This document shows, one piece after another, positions 19,664-28,029 of a stretch of DNA of 64,000 bases; position 1 is the first letter of the stretch; each line of letters opens with the position of its first letter. Under the pieces are notes generated by a model, which saw nothing but the letters and a program-made list of their open reading frames with translations, was not told the origin of the DNA and made no database searches. Origin of the DNA: Candidatus Poribacteria bacterium (GTDB lineage: Bacteria; Poribacteria; WGA-4E; WGA-3G). A program made the translations under genes and the position numbers. The DNA is taken from positions 2,848,001 to 2,912,000 of the forward strand of contig OZ251518.1 in assembly GCA_965242965.1 (NCBI GenBank). The letters run 5' to 3'.

Positions 19664-20518
19664 TTATTTCCCAGATAAAGAAATATTGAACGGCGTTTTC
19701 TGCGCCAGTTTGCCTTGGCGTTCCAGCAGTTTGCTCAGTGCCTTGAGCTGCTTCAAGCCGGACGTAAGTCCTGCAATCTGCTCTGCCTCCCTTTCAGGTG
19801 CCGTGTCTTTCAGCATCTGTATGTGCCACTCCGTCAACTGGATGAGCTCTGGAAAAGTGGCTTCCTTCTCACGAGACAGGCGGAAAAACAGTTCAATCCA
19901 CCCTTCTTTGAGCGGGTGCTCGCCAAACATGAGCGACGCGAATGCAGCCAACTCCGTGCGTGCGGATTTCATATCCGTGAAGAGGTATTCCTCAAAGGCA
20001 GCGGCATGGGCGTTCATCTGCTCAATACGCAAGGCAGTCGCTGCATCTCGCATTTTTGTCCGTTCGCCGGGGGAGTGTTTTTCAAGGAGTAACTCTCCAG
20101 TGTCACCGACTTTCGCCAGAGTGTCAAGGCGTTCAAGTGCTTCTCGGTGGCGTTGTATCTGTTTCGCATATTTCGCCGCATTGATAGCTGTCAGCATGCG
20201 GATTTCCAATTCAGATACACGTTTGACATCCGAAAGATGTTCGCTCCCCTCACGGGAGATGCGGAAATAGAGGGGCACCCATTCTTCCGCGAGCGGATGT
20301 CCACCGAACAGCGTTCCTGCAACGCTTTGGAGTTCAGCGCGCGCCGTTTCCGGTTCGGTGCGGAGCAGTTCCCAAAACGTTTGGAGCGGCTCCGTCCAAA
20401 TCGTCTTGTTTATCCGGTAAGTGGGTGCGTGCCGGTGCGACTCGGGGGCAGCGGCACTTTCCGTTAAGAAACTGACTATTAGCAGCGCGATTATCGCACT
20501 AAAAACGGTCCCTTTCAT
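19664..20518 (-). CDS. Secreted helical hypothetical protein (family Y)
   Basis: AAAGGAG RBS, signal peptide MKGTVFSA...; two ARxEL...FG.HPL...W..L.FR units. Confidence 0.85.
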   Translation of the reverse strand: MKGTVFSAIIALLIVSFLTESAAAPESHRHAPTYRINKTIWTEPLQTFWELLRTEPETARAELQSVAGTLFGGHPLAEEWVPLYFRISREGSEHLSDVKRVSELEIRMLTAINAAKYAKQIQRHREALERLDTLAKVGDTGELLLEKHSPGERTKMRDAATALRIEQMNAHAAAFEEYLFTDMKSARTELAAFASLMFGEHPLKEGWIELFFRLSREKEATFPELIQLTEWHIQMLKDTAPEREAEQIAGLTSGLKQLKALSKLLERQGKLAQKTPFNISLSGK

Positions 20519-20775
20519 TTTTTCTCTCCTTTGACACCTTAAGGGTGCCTTGATTTTCTTCTCGCACGCCGGATTCCTTTCTGTCTCGCGTGTTTTGAGG
20601 TGAGCATACTTGCATCGAGACCAGGAGGTCTCTCCTACCGGCATGCACTTGGTAACAAAGCGTGGAGGTGAGCATGCCCCCCTGCCGAGCTGTATATCCT
20701 GTGAGTGTGCTGTCTTTCCTTGAGAAGGCAGCAGTCACACGGGACAGACCGGCACGCTTTTCTATAAACTATTGT

Positions 20776-20791
20776 AGCAAGTTCCGTGCCA
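20776..20791 (-). promoter_or_regulatory. Sigma54 -24/-12 promoter for the Y-X-Y-X-X genes
   Basis: TGGCACGGAACTTGCT matches the TGGCAC-N5-TTGC consensus. Confidence 0.85.
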
Positions 20792-20834
20792 AAACCGACA
20801 TATCGCTTAGATACGGGCGCCTTGCCATTTGCGC

Positions 20835-20893
20835 ACTGGGACAAAATGACACTATTGATACCTTTTTGCCCATAACTGGGTAAAAATGACCTA
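20835..20893. promoter_or_regulatory. Putative upstream activator (EBP-binding) sites
   Basis: ACTGGGACAAAATGAC and ACTGGGTAAAAATGAC 40 bp apart, with an inverted weaker copy (TGGGCAAAAAGG) midway. Confidence 0.6.
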
Positions 20894-20954
20894 GTGCCAA
20901 CTCAGCATCGCGCACCGTTTCGCCGCGCCGCGTGGCTCAGCAGAAAACTTACTT

Positions 20955-21304
20955 GAGGGTGTTTCATAAATTTATCCCCCTTGGGAGGCGAGCGAATACC
21001 GATAGAAAAGCGAGGGCGTGCATCGGGCCCACCTCTGTAGTTCGGGAGCGCCCGCTCCCGAACGGTCAAGATCGCTTGGCAAACATGCCAGAACTTCAGA
21101 CGATCTTGCCCTACAGGGGTGATGCAGTCTGACAGCCAAACGCATGGTGAGGGAAACCCGCTCGGATGCGCGGGTGGCATCCGAGGGCCCTCGCCCTACG
21201 GGGAAGGGGACTGTTTTTTACCGTAGCGCGGGGGCCTGTCCCCCGCGATCGCAGCATGGCGAGGGGGTTTCACCGCAACGTTGAGTGATTTATGAAACAC
21301 CCTC
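20955..21304. mobile_element. MITE-like element with TIRs carrying REP units
   Basis: GAGGGTGTTTCATAAAT ... ATTTATGAAACACCCTC. Confidence 0.8.
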
Positions 21305-23315
21305 AATTAAATGCCCGGATAACCTTCACTAACAATCTTTGTCTGAATTCAATAGCGTTCGGATCTCCGAGGATGATGAAAAAGTCGGTGCCGGCATAAC
21401 CGGAACGCCGGAGTGCGAAATAGATGTTCACCCCTTCCGCTTGCCATATCAGCCGACTGCCAAGGCTTAACGCCGGGCTGAAGTCATACGTCAGTGTTAA
21501 AATCTGTTGATACCGCTGCTCAAAATGCCACTGGATTTGGGTGGTAAAGCCCGCCGTGAACCCGTAAGCGCGGAGATTGAGATTTCCGCTGATGCGATGA
21601 AGCCGTTCACCAGCCTGCTCTCCACCTGCATAATTGATACTGACATTGTTAAACCGGTCTGAAGTCCGGATGCCCAAACCGATTGTGAAAACGCTATCGG
21701 TGAATTCTTCAAATCGGCCACCGTTCCAATGGACAGAAAGGGAGTAATCGCTGTGCGTCAAAAGGCTCGCGTATGCCGAAACGCTCCGCCGGAAAACCTC
21801 CCCTTCGTCAGTGTTCGATGCTTCGGACAGGACAGAGAGAAGTGCATTGCGTAGAAATCCTTCGCGCCATTCGTTACGGAGCCATCCACCGAGACTTGCG
21901 CCGCGATACCCGGTAAACGGATGATAGCCGAGATGATTGACGAAATCCGCGGCGGTAAAAAAGGCGGAAAGGTAGGCAAACCCCACCCCGCCGTTGTAAC
22001 TGAAAGCGGCATATCCCGAACTGCCATCGGATTCGCCTGCCCAACTTTGTGCAAAGTTTCCTTGTAGAGAAAACTTCCCCTGGCGCACGTTCCCCGAGAA
22101 ATAGCCAACGTTGTTTGATGACACTTCTCGCTGGTTGTATGACAGCAACGCCGCGCTGATAGTGGATGTAGCCGAAAACGACTGGGACGCGCGGAGAATC
22201 ACGTTCTGGTTATTTCGATGATAGGTGCCTAATGTCCCCACGGATGTGTTTTTACCGATTTTCCCGAAGAGGTTCAGCCCGCCATCCATGTCTACTATCC
22301 GCCGCGAATGGAAATAACTACCGAGACGATAGACATTGCCCCCTTCCAAAAAGAAGGGCCGCCGGTCTGACACGTAGCGTTCACCGTAGGAGAAGTCTAT
22401 CCCTTCCACAGCCTGCTCAAGGTTCTCAAAATCGGGGTTGGCAGTGCCGATGAGCCGGAGCTGCGGTGTTACTTCAAAGCGAAGATTGCCGCCGGCACGC
22501 GCCGTGTATGTCCGTTCTTCTGTCTCGCTGATGCCGCCGATGAGATACGGCAAGAACTTCACCTCCCGTTTGCGCGGCGGCGGCAGCACGTCTATCCAAT
22601 GTCCATCGTTTTCACGGAACTCCTGTAGCCCTAGGTTGCACCACCACGAACGTTCGCCGGTGCGCTGTTGCAACCTGTCAACGTTAATCCCCATCCGAAT
22701 AGGCTTCGTTGTATTCGGATAATCCAACATCTGCCAGGGGATTTCCATTTCAACAACCCATCCATCTGCTACGATTTGCGCGGCGACGTTCCAAAGTCCG
22801 ATCCACTCGCTTTTCTCAGCGCGCCCGGTGGCGAGGTGTGCATATTTCGTGCCGAGGGGATTCGCCATGAAGAAGTTCCTATCGCCGAATTGGTGCGTAT
22901 GGAACGCATCAATGCTGAACGACACCCAGTCTTCGTCGCGGATGCGCGCCTGGTCCTTCGTCTGGCGTGCCACGATTTTATCAGGCATCTCGTCAGAGAG
23001 ATGGAGCCCGACGTAGATGGCTTTGTCCGTGTAAACGAGCCGGAAGACGGACTGATTTCTCGCTGGTTTTTCGGTGCGTTCATCGGTGAAACCCACGCCT
23101 CGCGGTGCATCTTGCCAACAGGTATCGTCAAGAATCCCATCTATCATCGGTGGCTGTGCGGTTTTGTGTGCAGGAAGTTGTTTTTGAACCGTTTGTTCTC
23201 TATCGGGACGCGAGAGCCCACCTACCGGTTCGGGACTAGAACCCTCTCCTACAGCTGCAATGGCGGTGAGGTGGCATAGAGAAAGCCCGATGAGCAGGGG
23301 CATCATGAATCTCAT
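21303..23315 (-). CDS. CBM9/DOMON-like plus DUF5916-like outer-membrane protein
   Basis: Signal peptide; PMIDGILDD..W, GWVVEMEIPW, ANPDF, DRRPFFLEG, FHSRRI; amphipathic beta-strand C-terminal half. Confidence 0.8.
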   Translation of the reverse strand: MRFMMPLLIGLSLCHLTAIAAVGEGSSPEPVGGLSRPDREQTVQKQLPAHKTAQPPMIDGILDDTCWQDAPRGVGFTDERTEKPARNQSVFRLVYTDKAIYVGLHLSDEMPDKIVARQTKDQARIRDEDWVSFSIDAFHTHQFGDRNFFMANPLGTKYAHLATGRAEKSEWIGLWNVAAQIVADGWVVEMEIPWQMLDYPNTTKPIRMGINVDRLQQRTGERSWWCNLGLQEFRENDGHWIDVLPPPRKREVKFLPYLIGGISETEERTYTARAGGNLRFEVTPQLRLIGTANPDFENLEQAVEGIDFSYGERYVSDRRPFFLEGGNVYRLGSYFHSRRIVDMDGGLNLFGKIGKNTSVGTLGTYHRNNQNVILRASQSFSATSTISAALLSYNQREVSSNNVGYFSGNVRQGKFSLQGNFAQSWAGESDGSSGYAAFSYNGGVGFAYLSAFFTAADFVNHLGYHPFTGYRGASLGGWLRNEWREGFLRNALLSVLSEASNTDEGEVFRRSVSAYASLLTHSDYSLSVHWNGGRFEEFTDSVFTIGLGIRTSDRFNNVSINYAGGEQAGERLHRISGNLNLRAYGFTAGFTTQIQWHFEQRYQQILTLTYDFSPALSLGSRLIWQAEGVNIYFALRRSGYAGTDFFIILGDPNAIEFRQRLLVKVIRAFN

Positions 23316-24388
23316 GCATCTTCCTCCTGAAACATTCTCAATTTGCTGCGCAAAGTCGGACGGCTCACGTCTAAAACCGCGGCGGTTTGCGCCTGATTGC
23401 CATCCAGCCGCGCGAGGGTTTCTAAAATGTATATCTTCTCTACCTGCTTCAAGGTTAACCCCACCGGGATGGCCACGGTAGGTTGGTTTTGCGATGTAAG
23501 CATTGACTGGCCCGGGTCAGGTGCATAAAGTTTTTTCGGTAAATGCTCCGGTAAGATAAGGTTCCCTTCCGAAAGGATGAGTGCGTAAGTGACGCTCTTT
23601 TTGAGTTCTCGGATATTTCCGGGCCAGGCGTAATCTTGAAGGAGCTGGAACGTTTGTGCGGCGAATCTGCCTACCGGTTCATCGGTAGTCGGATGGGGCG
23701 CGTGCGCCTTTAACCGTTCGCTTAGTGGTGGCAGCCGCATAGAAAACCGCGTGAGTTGCGGCGGCTCTTGTGAGAAGTGTTCCACGAGCTCACGGATATC
23801 CTCTTTCCGTTCGCGCAGCGGCGGCAGCGAAATAGAAAACCCCTCAAGTCGATGATAGAGGTCCTCCCGAAATTCGCCTTCGTGAACGGCTTGTTCTAAG
23901 TTGCGGTTGGTTGCGGCGAGAATTCGGACATCCACCGGAATCGGTGCTTTGCCGCCGAGGCGTTCCACCTCGCCTTCCTCCAGCGCGCGCAGCAACTTCG
24001 GTTGGAGTGACAGGGGCAAATCGCCGATTTCATCAAGGAACAGTGTCCCCTTGTCGGCGCGTTCAAACTTCCCAATCCGCTGCTGCTTCGCATCGGTAAA
24101 GGCACCCTGTTCATACCCAAACAGTTCGCTCTCAACGAGGCTCTCCTGAAGCGTCGTGCAGTTGACGACGACGAGCGGCCCCGTTGCGCGGGGGCTGTTG
24201 GTATGTAGGGCGCGTGCTACTAACTCCTTGCCTGTCCCTGTTTCACCGTAAATCATCACGGGGACATCGTGTCTTGCTAGCAACTCAATCTTTTTTAGGA
24301 CTTCAAGAATCTGTGGGCTGCTGCCGATGATGGCACTGTAATCTCCATCTAATGAATCTCTTGTCCTCTCGGCTGTTTTGCGCTGCAT
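23312..24388 (-). CDS. Sigma54-dependent enhancer-binding activator without N-terminal sensor
   Basis: GETGTGKE, ESELFG, GAFTDA, LFLDEIGD, WPGNIREL, Fis HTH; ATGA overlap with the downstream gene. Confidence 0.93.
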   Translation of the reverse strand: MQRKTAERTRDSLDGDYSAIIGSSPQILEVLKKIELLARHDVPVMIYGETGTGKELVARALHTNSPRATGPLVVVNCTTLQESLVESELFGYEQGAFTDAKQQRIGKFERADKGTLFLDEIGDLPLSLQPKLLRALEEGEVERLGGKAPIPVDVRILAATNRNLEQAVHEGEFREDLYHRLEGFSISLPPLRERKEDIRELVEHFSQEPPQLTRFSMRLPPLSERLKAHAPHPTTDEPVGRFAAQTFQLLQDYAWPGNIRELKKSVTYALILSEGNLILPEHLPKKLYAPDPGQSMLTSQNQPTVAIPVGLTLKQVEKIYILETLARLDGNQAQTAAVLDVSRPTLRSKLRMFQEEDA

Positions 24389-24434
24389 GTTATCGTCCTT
24401 TCATGCCTAACGGCACTGTTATATCAAATTACGT

Positions 24435-25004
24435 CAGGGTGTTTCATAAATCGCTCAATGTTGCGGTGAAACCCGCTCGGATGCGCGTGTGGCATCCGAG
24501 GGCCCCGCGCTACGGTAAAAAAACGCTTTCCCTTCACGTAGGGCGAGGGCCTGTCCCTCGCCATGCTTGATTGCCGCTTTCACCGTAGGGCGAGGGCCTG
24601 TCCCTCGCCATGCACCGGGCTGAGCCGCAAACATCCGGGGTCTCTGGGCTGCGGACGTTTTCCACAGCGGTTGAGAGATCGCGGGGGACAGGCCCCCGCG
24701 CTACGGTAACAAATAAGAAATCGTCACCGTTTACCGTAGGGCGAGGGCCCTCGCATGCCACACGCGCATGCGAGAGGGTTTCCCTCGCCATGCCGAAGGT
24801 CTGTAAGACCTTAATGTCTATAGCATCCTGCACCGCAGCGCACCCTAAGGTCCTTTAGGTCCTTAATGTGCCTTGACTCCCTTGGCTGCCGCTTGATTAA
24901 GGTCCTAGCGGACCTTGAAAACAGTGGCATGTCTGTTTTTCTATAGACATTTAGGTCTTAAAAGACCTAAAGAGGCATCCATAACGGATTTATGAAACAC
25001 CCTC
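24435..25004. mobile_element. MITE with TIRs and a perfect 9-bp target-site duplication
   Basis: AAATTACGT at 24426-24434 and 25005-25013 flank CAGGGTGTTTCATAAAT...ATTTATGAAACACCCTC. Confidence 0.88.
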
Positions 25005-25064
25005 AAATTACGTTGAACGAACCCGCCGGCAGACTCCTGGCATTTGCATCTGGCCTGTTTCGTC

Positions 25065-27185
25065 TCAATCCAAACCGGTTGCAACCAGAGTGATGCGCAC
25101 CAACTCTTCGGTTTGCAATTCATCGTTGTAGGAAAGCCCGAAGATAACTTGGGCATCCGATGCGGCATTCTGGATAACCTGCATCGCGCTATCCAATTCC
25201 GCCATCATGAAATCCTGTGGCGCGACAACTTCTACCAGCAGACCGGAGGCTTTGGCGAGATTCGCGCCTTCGAGAAGCGGCGAAGAAACGGCGGATTCAG
25301 CCGCGATGCGCCCGCGCTCCTCTCCCACCGCCTGTCCGATGCCCATCGCCGTCCGCCCTGGAACCCGTAAGACAGATTCAACATCGGCGAAGCCAACGCT
25401 AACCTCATGCTCGGCATTTACGATGTTCCCGGTGATGAGTTGAACGCCTCGGATGAGGAGTTCATCGCTAACGCGGAAAACCTCCTGAGTCCGTTTGACA
25501 CTTGTGCCAGAACTTTCGGCAATCGCGTCCCCTTCGTCAATCAGGTGTTGGTTGCCGACAACGATGAGGGAATCTGCAGCGGTTCGGAGTGCTTTCACGC
25601 CGTTTTCGGCTTGCGCCGCGCGCTGCTCTCCCTCAGCATGGAAAGGCAAGGTTACCATCGCAACGGTTAATACGCCGTATCTGCGAGCGAGCGATGCGAT
25701 ACGCGGTGCTGCAACGGTGCCGGTGCCGCCGCCCATGCCAGCAACGATGATAACCATGTCCGCATCCGAGACGAGGGTTTCCAATGCCACGCTATCTTCC
25801 TCCGCTGCCTCTCGTCCAACTTCCGAATTGCCTCTGGCACCAACCCCTTTGGTGGCTTTCTGCCCAATCTGGATTGGTGTGATATCGTCGTAGGCATCCA
25901 AGGCACCGCTGTCGGTGTCAACCGCATAAAATTCAAGTCCGGTTAACCCGGCTTCACGCATGCGATTGACAGCCTTTCCGCCGCCGCCTCCGACACCGAT
26001 AATCTTCACGGTGACAGGTGTCGCCTTCAATTTCATCGGCATGATGAGATAAGTCTGTCCCGATTCACCTACCGGTTCCGCAACTGCCGGATTTAATTCC
26101 CCAGAGCACTTCAGTTGGATACTTTCGGTATCCAGATGCGAGAGTGCCTCCATCAACAACCGCGCATCAAACCCAATCCGCAGGTTTTTCGTGCAAGAAT
26201 CGACAGAGACGGTTTCGTGTGCTCTGCCGAGCCCCGGGGTCTTCGCCGAAAGCCGAATGTTCTTTTCCGGCTCGTTGATTTCCAAGCAGATGGCACAGCC
26301 TTTTTTCAGTTCCGATAACAGGGAGATGCGGCGCACCGCCTGCAGCATCGTCTCGCGCTTGAATACGGTGCGGACTTGCATCGCCCCGGGTTTCGGGATA
26401 ATCTTCTCGTAGTCCGGGTATTCATCATCTATCAAGCGCGCTGTCAGCGTGGTGCGCTCATCGGCGATGCTCAGACACCGCGTCGGGTTAAACGGTTCGC
26501 TGCTCTGGAAGAACGAAACGTTCACCGAGTCCGCATCGGCGAAAATTTGGGGGATGGCTTGCACCGCCTTGAGCGGCACAATGAACCCTGTCACCCCTTC
26601 CGGCGGTGTCAGCGCATCACAGCGCACCAGCGCGAGCTGCCGGCCATCAGTTGCAACTACCTCCGTCCTATCGCCAAGGAAGTTAAAATAGAGCCCGCAC
26701 AGCATTTTCCGCTTTTCTTCCTCGGTGGATGCTGCGAATGCGGTTTTGTGGATAACCTCACGCAGCGTCTGGAGGTGGATGTCCAAAGGCTCTCCCTCAA
26801 ACACGGGGAGCTGTGGGAACTCTGTCGCCGGTAGCCCCACAATGATGAACGTTGGGATGAACGTTGAGGTATCAACGCTGTTCTCACACGTCAACTTCAC
26901 TTGGTTGTTCGCCGGTGTGGTGAGGCGGAGCTCCGAGTCTGGCAGCACCTTGACGATGTCCGTCAGTTTCTTAGCGGGGACGGCAATCGCGCCTTCTTCC
27001 AGAATAGTCCCATCCACCTTAGTGCGAATGCCTACCTCCATGTCCGTGGCGGAGCACTCAATTTTCCCTTCATCCGCCTTGATAAGGACGTTTGAAAGCA
27101 TTGATGAAGGACTGTGCCCATTTGCAACACCCTGCACTATCTGCAGCGAGTGCAAAAGGGGTTCTTTTTGAAACGTTAATTCCAT
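25065..27185 (-). CDS. DNA polymerase III beta-clamp (DnaN)-FtsZ fusion protein, 706 aa
   Basis: About aa 1-385: SATDMEVGI, VPAKKL.DIVK.LP, VATDGRQL, RLID.EYPDY, IGFDARLL, YLIMPM; remainder: KIIGVGGGGG, DTD, AGMGGGTGT, PF..EG, FADV, GIG, SPLLE, IFG, LVATG; GGAG RBS. Confidence 0.92.
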   Translation of the reverse strand: MELTFQKEPLLHSLQIVQGVANGHSPSSMLSNVLIKADEGKIECSATDMEVGIRTKVDGTILEEGAIAVPAKKLTDIVKVLPDSELRLTTPANNQVKLTCENSVDTSTFIPTFIIVGLPATEFPQLPVFEGEPLDIHLQTLREVIHKTAFAASTEEEKRKMLCGLYFNFLGDRTEVVATDGRQLALVRCDALTPPEGVTGFIVPLKAVQAIPQIFADADSVNVSFFQSSEPFNPTRCLSIADERTTLTARLIDDEYPDYEKIIPKPGAMQVRTVFKRETMLQAVRRISLLSELKKGCAICLEINEPEKNIRLSAKTPGLGRAHETVSVDSCTKNLRIGFDARLLMEALSHLDTESIQLKCSGELNPAVAEPVGESGQTYLIMPMKLKATPVTVKIIGVGGGGGKAVNRMREAGLTGLEFYAVDTDSGALDAYDDITPIQIGQKATKGVGARGNSEVGREAAEEDSVALETLVSDADMVIIVAGMGGGTGTVAAPRIASLARRYGVLTVAMVTLPFHAEGEQRAAQAENGVKALRTAADSLIVVGNQHLIDEGDAIAESSGTSVKRTQEVFRVSDELLIRGVQLITGNIVNAEHEVSVGFADVESVLRVPGRTAMGIGQAVGEERGRIAAESAVSSPLLEGANLAKASGLLVEVVAPQDFMMAELDSAMQVIQNAASDAQVIFGLSYNDELQTEELVRITLVATGLD

Positions 27186-27280
27186 TTTGCAAATCTCCTA
27201 TCTCTCTCAAGAGTTATCAACAGAACAATTCTGCTGAGTCCGGCTCAGCAGATGTGCTGTTAGGTTTTACTGAATAGTGT

Positions 27281-27296
27281 TGCAATTTCCGTGCCA
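27281..27296 (-). promoter_or_regulatory. Sigma54 -24/-12 promoter of the dnaN-ftsZ fusion
   Basis: TGGCACGGAAATTGCA about 95 bp upstream of the ATG; GGGACAAAA at 27348-27356 is shared with the other putative UAS. Confidence 0.85.
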
Positions 27297-27409
27297 ACTT
27301 CAAAACCTGCGTAGTTACGGGAGTTTCGCAATTGCGTAACGTAAAATTTTTGTCCCTAGTGGAAAGAATATTGCCATAGCGGCGTTCATTGTGCGCTGTC
27401 CCGTTCTTG

Positions 27410-27968
27410 CCGTAGGAGAGCCCTCCTGGTCTCGATGAGGTTCGTATCGGGACAAGGATGTCCTTCCTACCGGAATCCCTCGGGCCCACCTCTGTAGTTC
27501 GGGAGCGCCCGCTCCCGAACGGGTTAAGCGCGCGGCCGCCTCATCTACCGTAGCGCGGGGGCCTGTCCCCCGCGAGCGTTCGACCCGCGCGAAAAACACA
27601 CGCAAACCAACGCCGTTTCCCCAACCGACGCACGGCGAGGGACAGGCCCTCGCCCTACGGGGAAACGGAAACGGCCTTGCATACCGTAGCGCGGGGGCCT
27701 GTCCCCCGCGAGCGTTCACGTGCCCAGGACTGTAGTTCGGGAGCGCCTGCTCCCGAACGGTTCAGGAGCAGGTGCTCCTGAACTACAGGAGGGATGAGCG
27801 CGCGGCCGCCTCATCTACCGTAGCGCGGGGGCCTGTCCCCCGCGAGCGTTGGGGTGCGCGGGCATGAACGATGGCGAGGGACAGGCCCTCGCCCTACGGT
27901 GAAGTACCGTTTTTTATCGCAGCGCGGGAGCCTGTCACCGCAACGTTGAGCGAGTTATGAAACACCCT
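27410..27968. repeat. REP mosaic ending in a TIR-like TTATGAAACACCCT
   Basis: Multiple GTAG-class palindromes. Confidence 0.85.
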
Positions 27969-28029
27969 AAAATAAAATGCCTCTGGACAAATTCCGCGTT
28001 TGATGGTATCGTATCATGAAGACACGAAA

